From an uncultured Candidatus Bathyarchaeia archaeon (GTDB lineage: Archaea > Thermoproteota > Bathyarchaeia > Bathyarchaeales > Bathyarchaeaceae): a stretch of DNA of 64,000 nucleotides. The stretch is from assembly GCA_964418675.1 (NCBI GenBank), contig CAYQMM010000004.1, positions 88,572 through 152,571 of the forward strand, read 5' to 3'. This document shows, in pieces, positions 9,388 to 19,300 of this stretch. A program made the translations under genes and the position numbers. Position 1 is the first letter of the stretch. Every line of letters starts with the position of its first letter. A model generated the notes under the pieces. That model was not told the origin of the DNA, searched no databases, and was given only the letters and a program-made list of their open reading frames with translations.

Positions 9388-10842
9388 TTGACCGTGACGA
9401 AGAAACAGATTGCCGACCTCATGAAAGACGCATCCGAGGCGGCTAACCTTATTCAGGAACATATCAAAAATGATGACGTTATTCACGTATCCTCTCACAT
9501 AGACGCCGACGGTTTATCAGCAGCGGGGATTATGGGAAAATCCCTGTTCAGGGCAGGAGCAAAGTTTCGTATTCGCCTCGAAAGGTGGATGGACGAGAAA
9601 GTGGCTGACAGGATAGCCGCGGAGAAGCCTCCTCTAACAATATTTACTGACATGGGAAGCGGCTACCTTGACCTCTTAGGTGAAAGACTCTCTAACCGAG
9701 ACGTAATCATCCTTGACCACCACCAACCCGTTGCAGAACTTCCCGCTGGCTTCGTTCAGGTTAATCCTCACGTTCACGGGATAGATGGAACCCGCGACAT
9801 CAGCGGCGCAGGAGTAGCCTACTTCGCCGCCAAGGCACTGGACAAAGCCAACCTTGACCTAGCCTGTCTCGCTGTTGTGGGAGCCTTAGGAGACCTGCAG
9901 GATAAAAATGAAGAGCGGAAATTGGGAGGCGCCAACGAAACCGTGGTGGAAGACGCGGTTAAGTCGGGTTGTCTAGAAGTAGAAACTGATCTTCTCTTCT
10001 TCGGAAGGGAGACGCGTCCCATCCATCAGGCTCTTGCACGAACCACAAACCCCTTTATTCCGGGAATAAGCGGTGAAGAAGACAAAAGTCTCGCCTTTCT
10101 TGTAAATCTGGGAATCAAACCTAAACGGAGAGAAAAGTGGCGGGCTTTAAGGGACCTTTCGGCGGAGGAGAAGAAAAAGCTTCTTTCAGCCATCGCCGAC
10201 TATCTGGTGTCTAAGGGCTTAGCTGGAGACACTGCCCTGAATCTAGTTGGACAGGTTTACACGCTTTCTAATGAGGAGCCATGGACTCCTCTCAGGAGCG
10301 CCCGAGAATTCACTGTTATGCTCAACGCCACTGGACGCATGGATAAGGCTGGTCTCGGCGCAGCCATCTGTATGGGCGACCGAAAAAAATGTCTGGAGGA
10401 GGCAATGGCGATAATGCAGGAATATCGGCGTACCATCACTAAATATCTCAGTTGGGTAACTGAGGAGCCGGGACGGCTAGAAGAGCTGGAAAGCATCTAC
10501 GTTGTTCGAGGAGACGGCTTTATCGACGAGAAGGTCATCAGTCCAGTCTCCACAATCCTCTCAACATCTCTCTCCCAACTGGGCAAACCCATCATCGCCT
10601 ACTCCACCATCTCCGGGGAAGACATGGTTAAAGTGTCAGCCAGAGGGCTAGAGCCATTAATAAAGAAGGGCTTGAATCTCGGGGAAATCCTACAGGTTGC
10701 AGCTGAGAAATATTCTGGCAGAGGAGGAGGACATGACGTGGCTGCCGGAGCCCAGATACCAATAAAAGATGTGGAGCCCTTCCTTAAGCTCGTGAATAAG
10801 CTGGTTAAGAAGCAGCTGGAGGGAACACAGCTTGGAGGCTGA
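9388..10842 (+). CDS. DHH-family RecJ/GAN-like phosphoesterase
   Basis: HIDADGL, TDMGSG, LDHH and C-terminal GGGHDVAAGA (DHHA1). Confidence 0.9.
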   Translation: MTVTKKQIADLMKDASEAANLIQEHIKNDDVIHVSSHIDADGLSAAGIMGKSLFRAGAKFRIRLERWMDEKVADRIAAEKPPLTIFTDMGSGYLDLLGERLSNRDVIILDHHQPVAELPAGFVQVNPHVHGIDGTRDISGAGVAYFAAKALDKANLDLACLAVVGALGDLQDKNEERKLGGANETVVEDAVKSGCLEVETDLLFFGRETRPIHQALARTTNPFIPGISGEEDKSLAFLVNLGIKPKRREKWRALRDLSAEEKKKLLSAIADYLVSKGLAGDTALNLVGQVYTLSNEEPWTPLRSAREFTVMLNATGRMDKAGLGAAICMGDRKKCLEEAMAIMQEYRRTITKYLSWVTEEPGRLEELESIYVVRGDGFIDEKVISPVSTILSTSLSQLGKPIIAYSTISGEDMVKVSARGLEPLIKKGLNLGEILQVAAEKYSGRGGGHDVAAGAQIPIKDVEPFLKLVNKLVKKQLEGTQLGG

Positions 10843-11104
10843 GATTCGCCTCTGCTACGGAAATGAGAGGGAGGCAGAAGCGGTGGCAAAGGCTGTTTCT
10901 CCCGACAATGTGGAGGTTCCACCGGGCTTAACCGTGGAAACTGTGAGAGAGGGAAGTGAGGTTCTGACGAGGGTGGAATGTCAAACAAGGCTGCAGACCT
11001 TCATAGCCACTCTCGACGACCTCTTGTCCTGCGTCTCAGTGGCAGAAAAGACCTTTACTGTTGCGAAGAAATTCAAAGCACATGGGAACGTTCTGGAGCC
11101 TTAA
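10832..11104 (+). CDS. pcc1: KEOPS subunit Pcc1
   Basis: AVSPDN...LQTFIATLDDLL pattern; conserved position after the rps15-DHH genes. Confidence 0.85.
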   Translation: MEAEIRLCYGNEREAEAVAKAVSPDNVEVPPGLTVETVREGSEVLTRVECQTRLQTFIATLDDLLSCVSVAEKTFTVAKKFKAHGNVLEP

Positions 11105-11184
11105 TATTTCGTTTTGAACTGGGTGTGAATGGTAAAGGTTAAAGGGTATGCTGTGTATATGCCAAAATTAATGGGTGAAACTGT

Positions 11185-11571
11185 ATGAGCAACGGTGAAC
11201 AGGTCGAAAAGGAGGACCCTATAAAAATTCACAAAGAAGGAACAACCTTGGCTGACGTCGGGAAATTCGAGGAGGCAGCAGAGAAGTACCTGCTGGCGTC
11301 TGAACTGTATGAGAAGAACAAGAACTTTTTCGATGCCTCCTATGCTCTGTTTAAGGCGGCGGAATGTAATTTTCAGCTGAAGGATTATGGTACAGCTAAG
11401 GAACGCTTTCTCAAGGCAGCGGAGTTGGCGTTTAAGATGGGCTATGACCGCTTTGGAGTCAGCGCCCTAGAGTATGCCCTTGACAGCTACAAAGCCCTGG
11501 ACGAAGAAGACCAAACAGAGGAACTTAAAAAGAAGATAAAAGAAGTGAAAACCAAACTCCAAAGTTTCTAA
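11185..11571 (+). CDS. TPR / SNAP-like all-helical protein
   Basis: Repeated helix pairs: FEEAAEKYLLASELYEK, ALFKAAEC, AKERFLKAAELA. Confidence 0.6.
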   Translation: MSNGEQVEKEDPIKIHKEGTTLADVGKFEEAAEKYLLASELYEKNKNFFDASYALFKAAECNFQLKDYGTAKERFLKAAELAFKMGYDRFGVSALEYALDSYKALDEEDQTEELKKKIKEVKTKLQSF

Positions 11572-11630
11572 ACTCGCCTTTCTTCCGTTGCAACAAAACG
11601 TTAAGATTCTTGAACAAGATTGTTCTTCAG

Positions 11631-11686
11631 TTTTTCAGGAAAAAGTCTGTTTTCAACAATACGCTGTTATTAGGCTCCTAATATGA
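11631..11686 (+). repeat. Dispersed intergenic repeat, copy B (reference copy)
   Basis: tttttcaggaaaaagtctgttttcaacaatacgctgttattaggctcctaatatga; contains the palindrome TATTAGG-CT-CCTAATA. Confidence 0.92.
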
Positions 11687-11696
11687 TTGGGGTGGG

Positions 11697-12362
11697 TTAT
11701 CGCTGTTTTTTTCTTGCTTCTGTTATGAGGTCTGTGAGGGCTGCGAAGGCTTTGCTTACGTCTTCCATGGCTAGCACGATTATCGTTTCTGTGAAGCAGC
11801 TCATGGTCTCCTCAATGTTGATGTGCCTCCGTGAAACAGCATTATAGAAAGCCTGCACACACCCCGGAGTATCAATTATCTCATCTGGACTGCGGATGAT
11901 AACAGTTGCCAGATTCTGTTTCTTATCCACCACAGCCTTTTCAGCGAAGACCGAGCAGATTTTGCTGAAGGAATTCAAGTCAGAAATCAAGGTAACCACG
12001 GATATTCCTTCAATGACCTGAAGAAATTCCCCTGAGAACCGCGCTACGGTTCTTCTTATTTTTTCCAAATTCTCTTTCGATTTTTCAACTGAAACCTTAG
12101 CCATGTCTGTTCTGATGTTCAAGACGCTTCCCGCCACAACCCTTGTTATTTTTCCCTGTAAGATGGTGTAGTTGGCTTTGGCTCGCTTAACCGAAGTTAT
12201 CACGCTTTCAAGCTTAACGTCCTGATCTACTGCTTCCTTAACCTTAGGCATCAGCATTCTGGCTATGGCGCTGTAGTTGCCGTATTCTCTCTGCAGAGCG
12301 TCCTGCAGGGAGAGGTCTTCGTCTATGAGTTTTTGTACGGTTTTTGAGATTGAATTGACCAT
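11697..12362 (-). CDS. ACT-domain amino-acid-metabolism regulator (COG2150-like)
   Basis: N-terminal helical domain NYSAIAR and C-terminal ACT with TPG...AVSRRHINIEETMSCFTE. Confidence 0.7.
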   Translation of the reverse strand: MVNSISKTVQKLIDEDLSLQDALQREYGNYSAIARMLMPKVKEAVDQDVKLESVITSVKRAKANYTILQGKITRVVAGSVLNIRTDMAKVSVEKSKENLEKIRRTVARFSGEFLQVIEGISVVTLISDLNSFSKICSVFAEKAVVDKKQNLATVIIRSPDEIIDTPGCVQAFYNAVSRRHINIEETMSCFTETIIVLAMEDVSKAFAALTDLITEARKKQR

Positions 12363-12404
12363 TTTTGGTCACTTTTGCCCATTTTCTTATAATATTGACC
12401 AAAA
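12356..12404. promoter_or_regulatory. Candidate operator: TGACCA-N4-TGGTCA plus a third TGACCA half-site
   Basis: Palindrome at 12356-12371 overlaps the ACT gene start codon; TGACCAAAA at 12396-12404 lies just upstream of a TATATAAG box facing argG. Confidence 0.5.
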
Positions 12405-12451
12405 TCTATATAAGCATTTCCCGAATTATCAACGTGAAACTGGGAAACACG

Positions 12452-13663
12452 ATGAAGGACACCATCATACTAGCCTACTCCGGCGGACTGGACACATCCG
12501 TCCTAATAAAATGGCTACAAGAAAAATACAAAGTAGACCTGATAACGGTCACCATGGAACTGGGGCAGCACAGCGACCTAAAAGAAGTCAAAGAAAAAGC
12601 CCACAACCTAGGCGTCAAAAAACACTACTCCATAGACGCCACAGAAGAATTCACAACCCAACACGTCTTTCCAGCCATAAAAGCAAACGCCCTCTACGAA
12701 GGAAAATACCCCATAAGCACAGCCCTAGGACGCCCCCTAATCGCAACAAAAATGGTTGCGATAGCAGAGAAGGAGGGAGCAGTAGCAGTCGCCCACGGCT
12801 GCACGGGAAAAGGCAACGATCAAGTCAGATTCGACATAACCATCAAGTCCCTTGCTCCCAAACTCAAGGTGATGGCTCCAGTTAGAGAGTGGGGACTATC
12901 CAGAGAAGAAGAAATAAAATACGCCAAAGAGAAAGGCATCCCAATTCCCCACTTATCCGACCCCTACAGCATAGACCAGAACCTCTGGGGACGCTCCATA
13001 GAGTGCGGATGCCTAGAAAACCCAGAACAGGAACCGCCGGAAGAGATTTACGAGTGGACAGTCTCTCCCGAAAAGGCACCAGACAAACCAGAATACATCA
13101 CCATCAAATTTAAAGACGGCGTCCCATGCGCCCTGAACGGCAAGAACCTCAATCCAGTAACCCTAATAGAAAAAGTGAACAAAATCGCCGGTAAACACGG
13201 CGTTGGACGCATCGACCACATGGAGGATAGGCTGGTAGGCATCAAATCGCGGGAAATCTACGAATGCCCCGCCGCCCTCGTAATACTAGAAGCCCACAAG
13301 GATTTGGAGAAACTGGTTCTGACCCGCCATGAGGTCATGTTTAAAAGGCAGATTGATGACCAGTGGACTTTCCTAGTTTACACTGGCTTGTGGATAGACC
13401 CCCTACGGGAGGCTCTTGAAGCCTTCATAGACAAGACTCAGGAACGCGTCTGCGGCGAAGTGAAAATGAAGCTGTACAAAGGAGGCTTCGGGGTTGTGGG
13501 ACGCTCCTCACCCATGTCCCTCTACGACAAGAATCTGGCAACCTATGACGTCAAAACCTCTTTTGACCAGTCTCATGCTGAAGGCTTCATAGAACTGTGG
13601 GGACTACCCACCAAAGTAGCTAACATACTGAAAGAGAAGGTGAAAAAGGAAGGAAAATGTTAA
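12452..13663 (+). CDS. argG: Argininosuccinate synthase
   Basis: LAYSGGLDTS, HGCTGKGNDQVRF, SIDQNLWGRSIE; start corrected to MKDTII. Confidence 0.97.
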   Translation: MKDTIILAYSGGLDTSVLIKWLQEKYKVDLITVTMELGQHSDLKEVKEKAHNLGVKKHYSIDATEEFTTQHVFPAIKANALYEGKYPISTALGRPLIATKMVAIAEKEGAVAVAHGCTGKGNDQVRFDITIKSLAPKLKVMAPVREWGLSREEEIKYAKEKGIPIPHLSDPYSIDQNLWGRSIECGCLENPEQEPPEEIYEWTVSPEKAPDKPEYITIKFKDGVPCALNGKNLNPVTLIEKVNKIAGKHGVGRIDHMEDRLVGIKSREIYECPAALVILEAHKDLEKLVLTRHEVMFKRQIDDQWTFLVYTGLWIDPLREALEAFIDKTQERVCGEVKMKLYKGGFGVVGRSSPMSLYDKNLATYDVKTSFDQSHAEGFIELWGLPTKVANILKEKVKKEGKC

Positions 13664-13709
13664 CGGAACGGACGGTTTGCACTGTCCGTGCCAGAGAAGG
13701 TGAAAGAAA

Positions 13710-15200
13710 ATGTCGAAGTTGTTGCGGGGAGGAAGAATAGGCTCTGTTCGAAAAGATGTGGTTGAGTTTACCTCATCCATCAAAAGCGACAAGAAGCTAC
13801 TGGAAGCAGTGATCAAGATCAACGAAGCCCATGTAGCCATGCTTATGGAGCAGAAAATCCTCGATTGGCAAAAAGGCGCCAAGCTCCTAAAGGCATTGAC
13901 AGAAATTGATCCTAAAATGAGGCTGAAGCCCTCTCTTGAGGATGTTCACCTAGCCGTCGAAGAGGAGGTTAACAAGAAAGTTGGCTTGGAGACCGGCGGA
14001 AATCTGCATATCGCCAAAAGCAGGAATGACCAAGTGGCAACAGCCATCAGGATGGAGCTTCGAGAAAATCTCCTGGAACTGATGAATTTTGTTGTCAAGC
14101 TGCAGGAGGCTTTAATCGGCTTGGCTGAGAAGCATGTCAAAACGTTGGTGCCCGGCTATACGCATCTGCATCCAGCCCAGCCCATCACCTTCGCCCACTA
14201 CCTCCTAGCCCATGTGGACATGCTGGAGAGGGACCTGAAGAGGCTGGAGGAGACGTATCCCCGAGTCAACCTGTGTCCCATGGGTGCGGGGGCTATAGCA
14301 ACCACAAGCTTCCCCATAAACCGGAACAGAACCGCTGAGCTGCTAGGTTTCGGTGAGGTCCTAGAGAACTCCATCGACGCTGTGGGCAGCCGCGACTTCA
14401 TCCTAGAAACCTTGGCTAACCTCACATTAGTTGCCGTTGACCTGAGCCGACTGGCAGAAGACCTGATAGTCTGGAGTTCCCCAGACTTTGGAATAATCGA
14501 GCTTCCCGAAAGTTTCGCGTTTACAAGCAGCATAATGCCCCAGAAAAAGAATCCCGACCTCCTAGAGGTTATCAGGGCGAGGATGAGCCATGTCCTAGGC
14601 AACTTTTTAGCCTCCGCAACCACCATGAAGGCGCTGCCCTCAGGCTACAACTTGGACTTTCAGGAGATTACCCCCAAGCTTTGGGAATCCCTTGAAACAG
14701 TTGACGGCTCATTGGATATGCTCTCTGAGCTAGTTAAGAACCTGAAAGTATCCAAAGACGTTTTCAGCAAGCCAGTTCTCAAATTCTCAACCACAACAGA
14801 ACTAGCCAACGTGCTAGCCAAGAAGTATGGCGTTCCCTTCAGGACTGCACACAAAATAGTTGGAACCCTCGTCAAAACCTTGCTAGACAAGAAACTGAGC
14901 CTTTCCGACGTCAAACCTTCAATGCTCCAGAAGGCTGCCAAAGATTCAGCGGGGCTAGCCTTGAAGGTTAAGGATGCGGATGTCCAAGCGTCCATTGACC
15001 CTGTGAAATTCGTTGAGAGCCACAAAGCTAAGGGTGGTCCGTCCGCGGCAGAAGTCAAGAGGATGCTTAAAAACCGAAAACAGTTGACGGCTCAATCAAA
15101 GGCGAATTTGAAAGAGAAAAAGGGCAAGTTGGATGCGGCTGACGGTCAGCTAAAGGCGGTAGTTAAAGGTTATTTGGATAAGGTAAACTTCAAAAGTTAG
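13710..15200 (+). CDS. argH: Argininosuccinate lyase
   Basis: SRNDQVAT, PGYTHL, SSIMPQKKNPD. Confidence 0.96.
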   Translation: MSKLLRGGRIGSVRKDVVEFTSSIKSDKKLLEAVIKINEAHVAMLMEQKILDWQKGAKLLKALTEIDPKMRLKPSLEDVHLAVEEEVNKKVGLETGGNLHIAKSRNDQVATAIRMELRENLLELMNFVVKLQEALIGLAEKHVKTLVPGYTHLHPAQPITFAHYLLAHVDMLERDLKRLEETYPRVNLCPMGAGAIATTSFPINRNRTAELLGFGEVLENSIDAVGSRDFILETLANLTLVAVDLSRLAEDLIVWSSPDFGIIELPESFAFTSSIMPQKKNPDLLEVIRARMSHVLGNFLASATTMKALPSGYNLDFQEITPKLWESLETVDGSLDMLSELVKNLKVSKDVFSKPVLKFSTTTELANVLAKKYGVPFRTAHKIVGTLVKTLLDKKLSLSDVKPSMLQKAAKDSAGLALKVKDADVQASIDPVKFVESHKAKGGPSAAEVKRMLKNRKQLTAQSKANLKEKKGKLDAADGQLKAVVKGYLDKVNFKS

Positions 15201-15224
15201 GAAAAGAAGTTGTAGGTTAGAACT

Positions 15225-16367
15225 GTGAAAGCAAAAGATAAGCCCTCGAAAACTGGAAAAGCCGTTCTCGTTTTGGAAGATGGCTCCACTTTTCTCGGCT
15301 ATGGCTTCGGCGCAGCAAAGAAGGTTGCAGGCGAAATCGTCTTCTCCACCTCTATGGTTGGATACCCCGAATCGCTGACAGATCCCTCCTACAAGGGACA
15401 AATCCTAACGTTCACTTACCCGCTTGTTGGCAACTATGGGGTGCCACCCTACACCCTAGAGAAGGGCGTCCTCAAATACTTCGAATCTGAAGACATCAAG
15501 GTAACAGGCTTCGCCATCCACGAATTGTGCAGGAATCCTTACCATTGGGCATCCACCCGAACATTAGATGAGTGGCTCAAAAGCGAAGATGTTCCCGGGA
15601 TATATGGCATTGACACCCGAAAGCTCACTAAGAAGCTCAGAGTCAAGGGCGTCATGCTGGGAATCTTAAAAGTGTGCGATGAAGGAGAGGAACCTGACCT
15701 CGATAAGCTCCTGAAAGAAGTGAAGACGGTTCAGGACCCCAACTTCACAGACCTCGTAAAGAAGGTAACAGTGAAAGAACCAGTTCGCTACCAGTCCGGA
15801 GGAGACAGGTTAGCGGTTCTGATTGACTGCGGCGTCAAATACGGTATTCTCCGCAACCTCCTGAAACGGGGCTTCGACGTGATACGGGTGCCCTACGACT
15901 TTTCGGCAGAGGAGATTCTGGAATACAAGCCCGACGGCGTCATAATAAGCAACGGTCCCGGAGACCCGAAACAATGCACCAGAACAATTGAATCTGTCCG
16001 AATGTTAGTTGCGGAAGACACTCCAATAATGGGCATATGCCTTGGAACACAGATTCTAGCCTTGGCATTAGACGGCGACACCTACAAACTGAAGTATGGT
16101 CACAGGTCCCAGAATCAGCCCGCCCTTGACTTGGAAACGAAACGGTGCTACATCACCACCCAGAACCACGGCTACACCGCAGAAAGGAACTCGCTGAAAG
16201 ACACTGGGCTGGAGGTCTGGTTCATGAACGCCAACGACAAGACAGTTGAAGGCGTAAAACACAAGAGCAAACCCGCCTTCGCCCTTCAATGGCATCCTGA
16301 AGCCTCGCCTGGACCCTACGACACGGAGTTTCTCTTCGACAGATTCCGTAAACTTGCGGGGGGCTAA
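15225..16367 (+). CDS. carA: Carbamoyl-phosphate synthase small chain
   Basis: GYPESLTDPSY, SNGPGDP, GICLG, QWHPEASPGP. Confidence 0.97.
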   Translation: MKAKDKPSKTGKAVLVLEDGSTFLGYGFGAAKKVAGEIVFSTSMVGYPESLTDPSYKGQILTFTYPLVGNYGVPPYTLEKGVLKYFESEDIKVTGFAIHELCRNPYHWASTRTLDEWLKSEDVPGIYGIDTRKLTKKLRVKGVMLGILKVCDEGEEPDLDKLLKEVKTVQDPNFTDLVKKVTVKEPVRYQSGGDRLAVLIDCGVKYGILRNLLKRGFDVIRVPYDFSAEEILEYKPDGVIISNGPGDPKQCTRTIESVRMLVAEDTPIMGICLGTQILALALDGDTYKLKYGHRSQNQPALDLETKRCYITTQNHGYTAERNSLKDTGLEVWFMNANDKTVEGVKHKSKPAFALQWHPEASPGPYDTEFLFDRFRKLAGG

Positions 16368-16372
16368 AGAAG

Positions 16373-19300
16373 GTGCCTAGGTTCGAATGGATAAAGAAGG
16401 TTATGGTTCTCGGCAGTGGCGCCATAAAAATTGGAGAAGCCGCAGAATTTGATTATTCTGGAAGTCAGTGCTTGAAGGCTCTTCGGGAAGAAGGAATAGA
16501 AACTGTTCTGGTTAACCCTAACATAGCCACGATTCAAACCGACCCCCGCCTAGCAGGAAAAGTTTACCTGTTGCCTGTAACGCCCGAGTTCGTTGAGGAG
16601 GTCATCGCAAAAGAACTCCCAGATGCAATTATGCTGAGCTTTGGGGGACAGACCGCCCTAAATTGCGGTGTCCAACTTGCCAAGAAGGGCATTCTCAAGA
16701 AATATGGTGTTAAGGTTTTGGGAACTCCTGTCCAGACCATAGAGGACACTGAAGACAGGGAATTGTTTAGGCAGGCTATGATCAAGGCTGATTGTTCGAT
16801 TGCCAAGAGCAAATCCGCCAGCTCTCTCGAAGAGGCAGTCAAAGTGGGCAGGGAAATCGGTTATCCTGTTATCATCCGTGTGGCTTATACATTGGGCGGT
16901 AAAGGCTCAGGCGTAGCCCGCAACGAAGCAGAACTGAAGGATATTGTCTGCCGCGCTTTGGGTATGAGCATGATTTCTCAGGTGCTCATTGAGGAGTATT
17001 TGGGTCACTGGAAAGAGATCGAGTATGAGGTTATGCGGGATTACGATGACAACTGCATAATAGTCTGTAACATGGAAAACTTTGATCCCATGGGCGTTCA
17101 CACGGGCGACTCCATAGTAGTTGCGCCATCTCAGACTCTCTCCAACCGGGAATATCACCTTCTTCGTTCCGCGTCGATAAAGGCGATACGAAGTCTAGGC
17201 GTAATCGGTGAATGCAACATCCAGTGGGCGCTGCATAAGGAATCAGAGGAGATTCGCGTCATAGAAGTTAATGCTCGGCTGTCACGAAGCTCAGCTTTGG
17301 CAAGCAAAGCAACAGGCTACCCCATTGCGTACATCGCAGCTAAACTGTGTATCGGTTATACGCTGCCGGAGTTGCTGAACAAGGTAACTGGTGTAACAAC
17401 AGCTTGCTTTGAGCCTGCTCTCGACTACCTTGTAGTTAAATATCCGCGCTGGGACTTGCAGAAGTTCAGGAACGTGGACAGGCATATTGGTCCTCAGATG
17501 AAGTCTGTTGGAGAAGTTATGGGCATAGGAAGATGCTTCGAGGAAGCCTTACAGAAAGCTATCCGCATGCTAGACATTGGAAAGGTTGGAATTGTCTGTA
17601 ACCTTGGCGAAGACGAAACCGAACAAATAGAAACAATAAAGGATGTTTTAGCTTACCCCACAGACCAGAGGCTCTTCAAAATAGTTAAGGCATTGAAAAA
17701 GGGCATTTCCGTCGAGGAAATCTACAAACTGAGTGGCGTTGACCCTTTCTTTCTCCACAAAATCAAAAACGCCATCAACATGGAACAGAAATTACGCTCC
17801 ATAGACCCGAAAGACAGCGACTTTCTGGAGACCATCCGGGAAGCGAAGCGCCTCGGATTTTCAGACAAGCAAATCGCCATCTGCCGTGACACAGACGAAT
17901 TTGCCATACGCAAGCTGCGGAAAGAGGCAAAGATAGTTCCTGTGGTTAAGCAGATAGACACTCTAGCCGCTGAATGGCCAGCAAAAACGAATTATCTTTA
18001 CTTGACTTATGGTGGAGACGAGGACGACACAGAGTTTTCTTCAGTTAACAGGAAGGTTATGGTTCTCGGGGCTGGTGTCTTCAGGATAGGGTCCAGCGTG
18101 GAGTTTGACTGGTGCGGGGTTAACACTATCTGGGCTCTCAAAAAGAACGGCATCGAAGAGGCTATAATGGTCAACTACAATCCCGAAACGGTCTCTACAG
18201 ACTATGACATGTCAGACAAACTCTACTTCGAAGAACTGACGCTGGAGAGGATTCTGGACATATACGACAAGGAGAACCCGCTCGGAGTCATAGCGAGCGT
18301 AGGCGGACAGATTCCAAACAACCTAGCCCTGAAACTATCGAACGCTGGAGTGAAACTGCTGGGCACGACAGGGGAGAGCATAGACAGGGCGGAAGACAGA
18401 TCGAAGTTCAGCGCTCTTCTGGACAAGCTTGGGATTCCTCAGCCTGAATGGAGCGACCTATCAACAAAACGGGACCTCAAAGAGTTTGCTTCGAAAATCG
18501 GTTATCCCGTCCTTATTCGTCCTAGTTATGTCTTGTCAGGCTCTGCAATGAGGGTTGCCTACACCCAAAGCGAGTTGGACAGCTACCTCAAGCTGGCTGC
18601 CAAAGTTTCACGGGAACATCCCGCTGTAATCTCGAAGTTTATAGAGAATGCCAAGGAAGTTGAGGTTGACGGCGTCTATGACGGCGAGGACAACATCATA
18701 GGAGCCATCATCGAGCATGTTGAGAACGCGGGAGTTCACAGCGGCGACGCCACCATGGGCATCCCAACTCTGACCTTGAATAGCGACGCCTTGAGAACAG
18801 TTCAAGACTACACCCATAAAATTGTGAGAGCACTTGAAATCAGGGGACCCTACAACATTCAGTATCTCGTAAAAAACGGCTTCACATACGTTATCGAATG
18901 CAATCTTCGTGCTTCTAGGTCCATGCCTTACGTCAGCAAAACCCGTGGAGTCAACATGATAGAACTTGCTACTCTAGCGATGCTGGGCAAAAAGTTCAAG
19001 GATTCTGGATTCACTGATTTGCCAGAAATCACCCACTTTGGAGTGAAGGTTCCCCAATTCAGTTTCATGCGTTTAAGCGGAGCCGATCCAGTATTAGGAG
19101 TTGAAATGCTGAGCACGGGAGAAGTAGCATGTCTAGGAGAGAACTTCACCGATGCCCTATCAAAGGCATTGCAGTCAGCTGACTTCAAGATTCCACCCGA
19201 AGGCGGCTCAGTGCTCATAACTGTCGGAGGAAAAGAGCTGAAGGAGAAGGTTGTTCCTATCGGAAGGGCGCTGAGGAACATGGGTTTCAAAATCTACGCC

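Noticed and set aside
12365-12451. N-terminal extensions in the ORF track (argG, SUI1, flpA, rpl23, proA, acdB, pyrK, 35612)
   Set aside because: They are artefacts of taking the most upstream start; family alignment points to downstream starts.
12277-12885. Long alternative-frame and antisense ORFs (e.g. 12277-12885, 39278-39781, 40609-41064, 43457-44104)
   Set aside because: They overlap well-supported genes and are by-products of skewed codon usage; no motifs.
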